From Opitutales bacterium (GTDB lineage Bacteria; Verrucomicrobiota; Verrucomicrobiia; Opitutales; JABSRG01), in the NCBI GenBank assembly GCA_049599475.1, contig JBMYOQ010000009.1, positions 1 to 64,000 of the forward strand: 64,000 nt of DNA. The letters run 5' to 3'. Shown here one piece after another: positions 31,667-40,584 of the stretch. The position numbers and the translations under genes are program-made. The stretch's first letter is position 1, and each line of letters starts with the position of its first letter. The notes beneath the pieces were generated by a model. That model was given only the letters and a program-made list of their open reading frames with translations, was not told the DNA's origin and did no database searches.

Positions 31667-32590
31667 ATGCATTTCCTAAGTAAATCTATCTGGGCGACCC
31701 TCTTCTCCCTATGCCTAGTCGCTTTCACGTTTGCGGAGAAAACCGAAGAGGCGGAGGCGGCCCCTGCAGAACCTCAGCAAGCATGGCTGGGCGTTTATGT
31801 AAAACCTCTACCCGATGCCTTGCGCGCACAGCTGGCTGTCGGAAAATCTGTCGGCTTGCTCGTTGAAGAAGTCGTGCCAAACAGTCCCGCATCTGAGGCA
31901 GGCCTCAAGCCCTTCGATGTCCTTCTGGCGTTTGATAATCAGAAGCTTTTCAATCGTGACCAGCTCCACGGCCTGGTGCTCGATGCGAAGCCCTCTTCAA
32001 ATATCCAATTTCAAATTATCCGAGCGGGCAAAACCCTCGATTTCCCAGTCACTTTGGGCGCCAAAAGCCTGAAGACTAAGAAGAAGACACCCTGGGAAAA
32101 CATCGAGATGGATGACGATATCCGTAAAATGCTCGAAAGTTTTACCGAGAACCCCGAAATCAAATCAGCACTTTCTGAGGCCAAAGGAGAAATTGCCGAG
32201 CTTATCCGCTCTGTATCCGAAAGCCTTCCAAGCGAAGACGAGATCAAAGAAAACATCGCGGAGGCGCTGCGTACGCTCACAGAAGAAGGTGCGATCGTGC
32301 ACGACATTGAAATTATTCGTGAGCAAGAAGATACAGACTCTGATCCAGTAATGCGCCGCTCGCGCATCCTAAACGATGCTACCGAGGTAAATTATTCGGA
32401 TCGACACGGTGACATCCGGGTGAAATCAGCAGACAACACCATCACCGTGCGCATTATCGACGATGAGGAAATCGTCGTCTATGAAGGTCCACTTACGGAG
32501 AAAACTTTGCTCACCCTAGAACGGCGCGACAGCGAACGCTTGCAGAACCTCCTCAAAATGCACGAGATCGAAGTCGCTCAAGCCGAGTAG
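31667..32590 (+). CDS. Secreted PDZ domain protein
   Basis: Signal peptide; WLGV, VVPNSPASEAGLKPFDV. Confidence 0.88.
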   Translation: MHFLSKSIWATLFSLCLVAFTFAEKTEEAEAAPAEPQQAWLGVYVKPLPDALRAQLAVGKSVGLLVEEVVPNSPASEAGLKPFDVLLAFDNQKLFNRDQLHGLVLDAKPSSNIQFQIIRAGKTLDFPVTLGAKSLKTKKKTPWENIEMDDDIRKMLESFTENPEIKSALSEAKGEIAELIRSVSESLPSEDEIKENIAEALRTLTEEGAIVHDIEIIREQEDTDSDPVMRRSRILNDATEVNYSDRHGDIRVKSADNTITVRIIDDEEIVVYEGPLTEKTLLTLERRDSERLQNLLKMHEIEVAQAE

Positions 32591-32611
32591 ATACAACCTT
32601 TCTTCCTCCAC

Positions 32612-32941
32612 ATGAGCCTCTTCGATTTTTTCTTTCCTGAAGTAGCGCAAGCTTCCCATTTACGCGCCCTCAGAGACCAAGGTTCACGCTCTCAGCAAAG
32701 AGCTCGACACGAATCTAGGCAGCGCCGTTACAGGCAGCAGGAGCTAGAGAGCAGGGTCGAGGCACTCGAGGAAGATCTGGGCTACGTGTCCCTCGTAATG
32801 GCTTCCATGCTCGAGCAATTGGATGCCAACGGAACACTGAAGCGCGATGATATACGGTCAATTATCGCAGAGATTGATAAGCAAGATGGAAAAGAGGACG
32901 GGAAATTAGATGTGAATTTCCTGAAGGGCATGAGCCGATAA
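32612..32941 (+). CDS. Hypothetical protein
   Basis: 109-aa ORF in the same run; coiled coil and C-terminal DxxDGxxDG. Confidence 0.7.
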   Translation: MSLFDFFFPEVAQASHLRALRDQGSRSQQRARHESRQRRYRQQELESRVEALEEDLGYVSLVMASMLEQLDANGTLKRDDIRSIIAEIDKQDGKEDGKLDVNFLKGMSR

Positions 32942-33068
32942 ATGTTCTTATAAGCCGTCAGCGCTGCGACTCCAATCTTGACTTTCTAAACAGAATTGGT
33001 CGCTACTGGAGACTCCTGCCCAGGAACTCTGACTCTCTAATTTCACAGCTACCTAGTAATCCTGCAGA

Positions 33069-33084
33069 AGGCATGCTAAGTGCT
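33069..33084 (+). promoter_or_regulatory. Putative sigma54 promoter
   Basis: AGGCATGCTAAGTGCT, GG-N10-GC, about 60 bp upstream of ATG 33142. Confidence 0.45.
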
Positions 33085-33141
33085 GTTCACTCGTTCCAAA
33101 AACAGGACTCATTGCGTCTAATCCGTTTCAATAATACAGGA

Positions 33142-34500
33142 ATGAATACCAAAACTTTAGCAATCTCTCTCGCTGCTACATGCATATCCGCCAGCGCTGC
33201 TCTTGGCTTGGACAAAAACAAACCGGGATGGTTTGATGATGTCACTGACAACCGTCTTCCGGAAATTCTCGAAACAGTCACTTTCGGGACCTTGGAGGCT
33301 GACTTTGGTGACCTTGATAACGACGGTGACTTGGACATTGTTATGGCCAATGACGGGAAAGAGCCCCTCGTGATCCTCTGGAACGACGGTAATGCCTGGT
33401 ATCAAGATTATCAACTGATTCCAATCCCAGGTCGCGTTGCTGCCGACGTTGATTTTGGAGATGTGAATGCCGACGGCTACCTCGACATCGTCGTGGGCAT
33501 GGCAGACTTCTACGGTGCCCAAAATCGCCTGTTACTCAACAATCGTGATGGCACATTTACCGACGCGACAGAGTTGGCCATGCCTAAATATGTCGACAAC
33601 ACTCGCGACACAGACTTCGTAGACGTCGACTATGACGGTGACCTTGATATCATCGTTGCAAACGTTGTAATCATGACCACCAACGAAAAGTGGCAGAACA
33701 AGATCTATATCAATAACGGATTCGGAATCTTTTCCGACGAAACGCTCACTCCTTCTGGCGAAGCCTATCGTTTCCCAATCGACAAGGCATCTACTCGCTC
33801 AATCCTTCCTATGGACGTAAATGAAGACGGTTACGTTGATTTTGTAATGGCTAATCGCTTCGATTCACCTCTCTGGGGCCAAGGTTACGACGGTCCTAAG
33901 GACAAGGTTTGGATCAACGATGGCAACGGTTTCTTCCACGACGAGTCTTTCCGCCTACCAGACGAAGAAGACAGCGGGCGCGACCTTAACAAGGGCGATA
34001 TCGATGGCGACGGCGACGAGGACTTAATCATCGGCAATGCTATCGGCAGCACTGAGCTTTACAATGGCGGCGGGCAACAGAACCGCGTCCTCATCAACGA
34101 TGGTAATGGCTATTTCACCGACGAAACTCTGACTGCAGAAGGTGAACGCTACCGCTTCCCCGTTCTTGAGAACTTAACCAAGAGTGTAGACATTGTTGAT
34201 ATCGACAACGACGGCGACCTCGATGTTCTGACCGCCAACTCACGCGGAGAAAACGGCTTCCTAGCCCCACAGCCTGGACAGCAAAACAGAATCTACATCA
34301 ACGATGGCACCGGTTTCTTCAACGAGGAATCAGTAATCGCCGCAGAGCAACGCCTGCGGTTCCCTGCTCGCTTCGACAACTGCTATGATCTGGACTTAGC
34401 CGATATCGACGGCGACGGCGATTTGGACATCTTCCTCGGAATTCGCGAGGAGACTTGCCGCCTACTCATCAACCGTACTCTTGACGAGCTAGGCTTCTAA
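33142..34500 (+). CDS. Secreted FG-GAP/VCBS repeat beta-propeller protein
   Basis: Seven DxD/NxDGxxD repeats with NxGxGxFxDE spacers; signal peptide after RBS AGGA. Confidence 0.9.
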   Translation: MNTKTLAISLAATCISASAALGLDKNKPGWFDDVTDNRLPEILETVTFGTLEADFGDLDNDGDLDIVMANDGKEPLVILWNDGNAWYQDYQLIPIPGRVAADVDFGDVNADGYLDIVVGMADFYGAQNRLLLNNRDGTFTDATELAMPKYVDNTRDTDFVDVDYDGDLDIIVANVVIMTTNEKWQNKIYINNGFGIFSDETLTPSGEAYRFPIDKASTRSILPMDVNEDGYVDFVMANRFDSPLWGQGYDGPKDKVWINDGNGFFHDESFRLPDEEDSGRDLNKGDIDGDGDEDLIIGNAIGSTELYNGGGQQNRVLINDGNGYFTDETLTAEGERYRFPVLENLTKSVDIVDIDNDGDLDVLTANSRGENGFLAPQPGQQNRIYINDGTGFFNEESVIAAEQRLRFPARFDNCYDLDLADIDGDGDLDIFLGIREETCRLLINRTLDELGF

Positions 34501-34516
34501 TCTGCTCTTAACTTTG

Positions 34517-34568
34517 CCGGATGGTTCGCGGGTTTCTCTGTTGAAATCCAGGCCCCATCCGGTTTTTT
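34517..34568 (+). terminator. Rho-independent terminator
   Basis: CCGGATGG...CCATCCGG followed by TTTTTT. Confidence 0.65.
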
Positions 34569-34610
34569 GTGTACGCAGCTCTCACACTGACATTTAATTC
34601 CTGATACAGA

Positions 34611-35489
34611 ATGCGATCTCTCTTTCATATTGGCCTAGCTAAAGCCGGATCAACCTACCTCCAGCAATGGTGGTCCGCGCATCCAAGCGTTCTCATGTAT
34701 CAGGACCTGTTTCCGATCGTCAAACGTGGCAAGTGGCAGCTAGAAGACTCCCCGAAACTCACAGTCTTGAGCGACGAGCGTTTTAGCTCTTACATTAAGC
34801 ACGAAGCCGATTGGGAAAAGCGCCTTGATCCCGATTTTGACATCGTTGAATACCAACGTAAAACACGTGATTTCCTCTTCGATCTCAATCCGAACGCGGA
34901 TCTGCTGCTGATTACGCGGGCTCCTTCCGTAAAACTGTTGAAATCGATTTATTCCCAGCACGTCAAAACAGGCGGGACCCGGGACTTCGATTCTTTCTAC
35001 GAAGAAATGCTTCCGGTCCTCAAAAGCGGATTCGGTTACGCTGAGGTATACGATTTATATAAAGAGAAGTTTTCTGAGTCTCAGATCACCGTTCTGCCGC
35101 TAGAGTGGATGAGTAAAGATCAGGATGGGTTTCTGAGCTTCCTTGAGGAGAAGTATGGGCTCGAGCACTACCGGCTGCCTCCTTCCAAGGTGAATACATC
35201 TGTGAGCGACGAAGAAATGTTCGCCTACCCGCGACTCAACCGGACCGTTTCAAAATACCTAAAACACACCCAGAAAATTGCCGGCTACAAAGGGCTCCTG
35301 GCCTACATTAAGATCTTGAGCAGCAACGTTTTTCAGGGTTTTGCCAAGTCTTACTGCAAAAAACATTCAGAGGAGTTTGAGGCCTTCTTCGCCAATGCGG
35401 ATCGCTATCTAGAAGAGTTCAGAAGCGACCGAGATATCATCAGCTACAGCCCGCAGTTCGAAGAATACCGCTCCGCTTACGAAGCCTGA
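34611..35489 (+). CDS. Sulfotransferase family protein
   Basis: 5'-PSB HIGLAKAGSTYLQ, LSDE, R...S.Y. Confidence 0.8.
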   Translation: MRSLFHIGLAKAGSTYLQQWWSAHPSVLMYQDLFPIVKRGKWQLEDSPKLTVLSDERFSSYIKHEADWEKRLDPDFDIVEYQRKTRDFLFDLNPNADLLLITRAPSVKLLKSIYSQHVKTGGTRDFDSFYEEMLPVLKSGFGYAEVYDLYKEKFSESQITVLPLEWMSKDQDGFLSFLEEKYGLEHYRLPPSKVNTSVSDEEMFAYPRLNRTVSKYLKHTQKIAGYKGLLAYIKILSSNVFQGFAKSYCKKHSEEFEAFFANADRYLEEFRSDRDIISYSPQFEEYRSAYEA

Positions 35490-36431
35490 TCAGAAGTATT
35501 TGTATTTAAGTAGATAAGGTACGCTCACCGAACTCACGAGGAATTTGGTGGAAGCCTTCATTGCCTGTTTCCACTCATCGTCAGGCTTGATTGATATCGT
35601 GCCTTTCTTGAAACGAAATGGGTTGCCCGCGACTGTGAAAGCATTCGCCAAGACCGCCTCATTTTTACCAGAGAAGAAGCTTAAATCCGGTTCGGGCAGA
35701 TCAAAATCACCCCACGCTGCGCGAATGGCTGACTGCGGATCCTGCACCAAGTCTTCATAGCGCATCAAATGATAGGCTTCCGGTATGTCTTTTTTGAATG
35801 TCTCCATCAACCGATTTGCCGCGCACCAATGCAGAGAGCTGGTAACCGGATTGAAAGTCGGCATGTCTTTATTTTCCCAGTGAATCTCCGGTCGCTTTCG
35901 TTTTCGCTGCCAAGAATGAGCAGTCGCACGAGGATCACGCACAATGTGCAAAATCTTCATGTTGAAACGCCCCGAAGCGAGTAGCAGGTGGGCGTAACAA
36001 GGATGCTTGGATGAATCAATCAAGAGCCCGGAGCCGGAAACATCTGATATCGAGCTGTAGAGTTTGAATAAAATCTCAGAGAATGCCGCGACCGCTTCTT
36101 TGAACTCCTCGGGCTGGCTAGATAATTGCCTCAGCTTAGGTATCGCGCGCAAGCGATCCGCGATCCCCCGGAGGCGGTCCACTTCGTCTAAATCTATCTG
36201 GTCGTACCCTCCGTATGCTTTTTCAATGACAGATTCCCAGAACGGGCATTCACGAAAAGGAACAGAATCCCCAACCCACTGGTTCTCTCGAAATGCGCGC
36301 TGCCATATATGCCTGACCTCGCCCAAGGAGATAGTGCCCGGGATCTCTCCCAAGACACGATCCAGCATGGTGCTGCCACTACGCCCGTAGCCGCCAATAA
36401 AAACAATCGTTGGTTTTGAGGAATCCGTCAT
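35490..36431 (-). CDS. Sulfotransferase
   Basis: GYGRSGSTML, IDSSK, RDPRATAHS, RYEDLV. Confidence 0.9.
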   Translation of the reverse strand: MTDSSKPTIVFIGGYGRSGSTMLDRVLGEIPGTISLGEVRHIWQRAFRENQWVGDSVPFRECPFWESVIEKAYGGYDQIDLDEVDRLRGIADRLRAIPKLRQLSSQPEEFKEAVAAFSEILFKLYSSISDVSGSGLLIDSSKHPCYAHLLLASGRFNMKILHIVRDPRATAHSWQRKRKRPEIHWENKDMPTFNPVTSSLHWCAANRLMETFKKDIPEAYHLMRYEDLVQDPQSAIRAAWGDFDLPEPDLSFFSGKNEAVLANAFTVAGNPFRFKKGTISIKPDDEWKQAMKASTKFLVSSVSVPYLLKYKYF

Positions 36432-36919
36432 TTCCAAATATTGCTAAAGATGAATCGCTCAATGATGTAAATCTTTCCTTTATCAAAGGCATAGGGCCCC
36501 GATAGAATTCGCGAAGCATCGACCATAAGTCCGCCGTCCTCATCGCGTTCTATCAGCACGTTGGAGCCATGCATTGATGGATACTTTCCCAAAGTATCCG
36601 CAGAGATTTCCGAAGCTCCTGGTAGCACGTGATAAGCGATTTGCTTAGATAGCTTCTCTCGGCTCTGAGCCGTGTCCGAGAAATAATAGTTCTTCAAGTG
36701 CTCGGGAAATGCCGCCATAGCTGCATTATTCGGCACTAATACGACAGCTCCATCAAGTTCATCAATGTCGTTCCAGAACTCGAGTTTCTCAATAATTTCA
36801 GCAAACTCGGATGTATCAGGAAGTTCCGACAATTGCTGTTTCAGGCTAGCAGTTGCACTGAGCGCCTGCACACACAGACCCAACATCAGAAGCCAACCGA
36901 ATTTTACCCCACTCCTCAT
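36428..36919 (-). CDS. Fasciclin (FAS1) domain protein
   Basis: Signal peptide; VLVPNNAAM, YHVLPG, GKIYIIER. Confidence 0.8.
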   Translation of the reverse strand: MRSGVKFGWLLMLGLCVQALSATASLKQQLSELPDTSEFAEIIEKLEFWNDIDELDGAVVLVPNNAAMAAFPEHLKNYYFSDTAQSREKLSKQIAYHVLPGASEISADTLGKYPSMHGSNVLIERDEDGGLMVDASRILSGPYAFDKGKIYIIERFIFSNIWK

Positions 36920-36921
36920 AA

Positions 36922-37737
36922 CTACGATAGAGCGTATTCCGTGCTATCGAACCAATTCTTGAAACGGCTTTCAATCGTCTGGATCTCATCTGCACTGAGC
37001 TTATCGCGCCACGTTTCGGAAGCCCCTTTAGAATCGGATACATGTCCTGGGCGCAGCAGTGTTTTGGAATCATAAGGGTTGGCCTTTTGCCTAAGCTTGA
37101 TCCAAAGGTTTTCTGAAAAGCCGATTTTGAAGAGCATCTTTTTAACCGGAAACTTCCGATTGATATGCCATATCATATGAAAGAGCTGCTTCTTGAGACT
37201 CTTTGCCTCTCCATCAGCAATCTTCTTCATAGATTCGATACTGCACGCATCCACGACCCGAGCCACCGTGCCTGGATCTGCATCAAGCGACATGAAATCA
37301 GCGAGCTGTCTCACCGCAGTGGTCGGGTCTACCGTGAAATCTTCATAGCGTTGCAAAATGCTGTTGGGCAGATCGCGCATCCAGAAAAACATCTCCACTG
37401 AGCCATCCAATATATCGAGCAAGCGTTGACCATCTGCACCAAATTGGCGCTTGATACTTACTGCGGCGTCCCGAATATCTCGATACGTATATGTGGTCAG
37501 CACTTTCTCAGGAGCTATCCCATGCTTTCGCGAATCAAACATCGCGTGGGTTTTAACGATATGGAAAGTATCTGGATCGTTTGCCCACTTAGAAAGTTCC
37601 TCGACCCGCAATTCCATTTCGTCATCGGGTAAGAATCCTTGAATCTCGACGGTCTTGCTGATTTCCAACAGCCGACTTACAGCATTGAACTGCCAGGTCG
37701 ATCCCGAGCGCTTCATTCCACTACAAATTACCAGCAT
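36922..37737 (-). CDS. Sulfotransferase
   Basis: GMKRSGSTW, VKTH, RDIRDAAVS, RYEDF. Confidence 0.88.
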   Translation of the reverse strand: MLVICSGMKRSGSTWQFNAVSRLLEISKTVEIQGFLPDDEMELRVEELSKWANDPDTFHIVKTHAMFDSRKHGIAPEKVLTTYTYRDIRDAAVSIKRQFGADGQRLLDILDGSVEMFFWMRDLPNSILQRYEDFTVDPTTAVRQLADFMSLDADPGTVARVVDACSIESMKKIADGEAKSLKKQLFHMIWHINRKFPVKKMLFKIGFSENLWIKLRQKANPYDSKTLLRPGHVSDSKGASETWRDKLSADEIQTIESRFKNWFDSTEYALS

Positions 37738-37755
37738 TGTCTTGTCCTCGTTATA

Positions 37756-38781
37756 TTAAAATTCGGTGTGATACGCAGGACTCGGTAGATCTCTGCCCGG
37801 TTCGTAGGTGTCGACACCCACTTTGCGAATTATAGAAAATACCTTTTCTTCGGTCGCTTCATCCATGCGTTTCCGCCATCCAGCCACAAAGCCTGATTGG
37901 TTGTTGGATTGAACTGTTTTTAAGCGCTCATCCGCCGTAGAAGCGGATGGGGCATCGGTGGCTCCAATGATTTTTTCAGGAGCCGACAGGTCACAATATT
38001 CAGCCACAAAAGCGATACCGCGTGCAACGTCTCCACGCAGGGCCTCGTAGCTCAGCACCGGAATGTGCTCTCGATACTTGGGAAGTTCTTTCACTGGCAC
38101 GAGTTGCTCTAAAGCCCACTCAGCGGCAAACAACTCTAGTCGGTTGCCCCCTTTTAAAATGTTTTGAAAAAATGAATACTGATCATCGTCCAAGTGTTCC
38201 TTGCAAAAGGTTTCGTTAGCTAAAATCAATCCCAGCTCCGGCTCATACTTCTTCTCCATCGAGAGAATTGTCGGACAGGGGTGACGCAACAGCATGAAGG
38301 TATGATAGAGATGGGCGCGCTCGTAAAAATATGTAATCGCAGGATTCGCATGAATGACCTTCCACAGCGTCCGATTTGTCTTCAGGTGGTACCCTGGTGC
38401 CAAGGGATTGTAAGCGCTCGCTAGACGCGTCAACGCAGGCTCGTTCATGTATCGATCGACATAGGGCAGCATCGACTCCGGAAAAGCGTGCAGACGAAGG
38501 CCTTCCTCTATTTTTGCAAAATCTGGCGATTCAGCCAATATGCTACGCCCTGAAAATTTAGGCCCAAAAGGTTCATTCAGTGTCCGTAGATGGGGCTCCG
38601 CGCCCATGCTCTCCATCAACCACGTAGATCCACTCCGTCGCGACGAAAGCATGAGAATATCCTTTTTACTCCCTTGCTTATGGGTAGGCAGCGCGGTCAA
38701 CACAGAACGCAGCCCTTCGCGAACAAAGTTGTTACTCCGGATAAATGAACTCTGTGGGACTACGACTTTCATACGACTCAA
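37756..38781 (-). CDS. Sulfotransferase
   Basis: SSRRSGSTWL, NEPF, RHPCPTILS, SYEAL. Confidence 0.85.
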   Translation of the reverse strand: MSRMKVVVPQSSFIRSNNFVREGLRSVLTALPTHKQGSKKDILMLSSRRSGSTWLMESMGAEPHLRTLNEPFGPKFSGRSILAESPDFAKIEEGLRLHAFPESMLPYVDRYMNEPALTRLASAYNPLAPGYHLKTNRTLWKVIHANPAITYFYERAHLYHTFMLLRHPCPTILSMEKKYEPELGLILANETFCKEHLDDDQYSFFQNILKGGNRLELFAAEWALEQLVPVKELPKYREHIPVLSYEALRGDVARGIAFVAEYCDLSAPEKIIGATDAPSASTADERLKTVQSNNQSGFVAGWRKRMDEATEEKVFSIIRKVGVDTYEPGRDLPSPAYHTEF

Positions 38782-38793
38782 ACCAATTTAAAA

Positions 38794-40584
38794 CTATTTC
38801 GAAATAACGATCGGTGTGTGACTCAAGGCGAGCGGTTCGGAGCCCACCGACTTAGAACTCAAATCGGGCTTCCAGCTCGTATTAATCTCGGTAACCATAG
38901 CTCCTTGAGGCAATTGCGATGCCGGAATCGAAGCTTTCTTAGACTCCGACCACGCGACAATTGCCTCAGGGCGACCATCTGAGTATTCGATTTTGTATAT
39001 GTATGTATTACGATCTCCGTGACGCACGCGGCTTACTTTAGAAAAATCTTTCAAGTAGGGGCTTATTTGTTCCAGGGCATAGAAGGCTGGACGCGGTTTC
39101 ATACTGCGATCAATCAATCCACCGATCATCCAGTTTTTATCTACTGGTGTCTCTTCTCCCTGAGGACGATCCTTCATCATAAGAAGTATATTCTTCTTCA
39201 AGCCCTGCTCCGCGCCGATGACCAATTTCTTGACCATTAAGCGTGCCTGTTCCGCGCGAAACCATGTAGCCTCTTTCGAGTCCTTGCCCAAGCGTTTCTT
39301 GACTGCCTGATAAATCGTCTCCTCATGGAAAGGCGGATCGACATGAACTGATGGTGTGAACAGCCAAGGCGTCGTCAGGGTGTCGCCAGCCCAAATCTCT
39401 TTTTTAACCGCCTGAATCGGCCCCAACTCAGAGTGCAACCAATTCATTATTCCAGGCAGCCCCCTGTAATCTCGATTGTAGTGAATTTCTATGACGTCGT
39501 AATAGTCCGTAAAGGTCAGCGATTTGCGCATAAATAGCAGGCCCTTTTGAGCGAGCTTATTCATCTTGCGGAGCTTCTCCTGGAGTTGGCGCTGCGTGGG
39601 GTTGTCGTCAAAGGCATCACTAAAGTTCAGACCAGCCAGTATGATTTTCGAATCAGGAGACGCGGCCTTAGAGGCTTCGTAAGCAATTTTCAGCATCTCT
39701 CCATACTCCTCAACAGTGCCACGCCAGTAACCCTCATGGAATGCTTCAGACTCGATTTCCCAGTAGATGAGCGGGTATTTCAGGCCAGGCATGTCCTTAA
39801 ACCCGTCACCATCGTATCGCTCCACGATACTCGCAATGAACCGCGCATAGGCCGCCTGGTACTTGGGCTCCGGAAGCGCACTAATGGACCCTGCCCCAGG
39901 TGCGACAAAGCCGTCCTTCGTTTTAGTCGCAGGTATCGCCCATGGATTATTGGACTTCAACACCATCTGAAGTTCAAAGCCCGCGTCTTGATACTCCTTC
40001 ACGACATCATCTAGCTGGCGCCAAGTGTAGGTTGGTTTACCATCCTTCAGAGGAGCGCGTGGTTCTAGTTTCCCCCACGATACGAGAACTGCTTTGGCAT
40101 AGTCTGCCCCGACTCCCTCAAAATATTTGGCTAGATTATTCCATGTATACCCGACGCCGATATATCCGTCAGCATCGGCGCTCGGAGTCCCCGATTTATA
40201 ATTAACAAAGCCTTCCAGGGCTTCCGCAAAGCTACCTCCCGATGCCCCAACAGGCGTTCCCGATGGTTCGGAAGCGGGACTTGAGGACTCTTTGGGAGCG
40301 GCATCTGCCAATGCCGATTCAATCCGCATTAAAATAGAACGCATAGTGCGCATATCGCCGCGCGCCGACGCAGATTCATAGCGCTGCTGCGCTTGCTTGA
40401 ATTGTTGAAGCGGTAATTGGACTCCTGCAGCTCTCAGCGACTGCACCTCTTTGGTAAGAGCGTCCATCTTGGCGTCGAGCTGTTCTTGGCCCTGCCCCAA
40501 TGCCGTGTGAAGGCTGCCGATCAGGCCAATGCAGAGGGCCGCGGTCCAGGCGGATAGAAAAGGTCGTTTCATTTGAAGGCTCAT
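38794..40584 (-). CDS. Secreted clan-A-like glycoside hydrolase (GH39/GH5-like TIM barrel)
   Basis: Signal peptide; W..LD..V, VERYDGDG, YWEIESE, IEIHY, GLID...PRPAFYAL; start 40584 ATGA-coupled to wzy-like gene. Confidence 0.75.
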   Translation of the reverse strand: MSLQMKRPFLSAWTAALCIGLIGSLHTALGQGQEQLDAKMDALTKEVQSLRAAGVQLPLQQFKQAQQRYESASARGDMRTMRSILMRIESALADAAPKESSSPASEPSGTPVGASGGSFAEALEGFVNYKSGTPSADADGYIGVGYTWNNLAKYFEGVGADYAKAVLVSWGKLEPRAPLKDGKPTYTWRQLDDVVKEYQDAGFELQMVLKSNNPWAIPATKTKDGFVAPGAGSISALPEPKYQAAYARFIASIVERYDGDGFKDMPGLKYPLIYWEIESEAFHEGYWRGTVEEYGEMLKIAYEASKAASPDSKIILAGLNFSDAFDDNPTQRQLQEKLRKMNKLAQKGLLFMRKSLTFTDYYDVIEIHYNRDYRGLPGIMNWLHSELGPIQAVKKEIWAGDTLTTPWLFTPSVHVDPPFHEETIYQAVKKRLGKDSKEATWFRAEQARLMVKKLVIGAEQGLKKNILLMMKDRPQGEETPVDKNWMIGGLIDRSMKPRPAFYALEQISPYLKDFSKVSRVRHGDRNTYIYKIEYSDGRPEAIVAWSESKKASIPASQLPQGAMVTEINTSWKPDLSSKSVGSEPLALSHTPIVISK

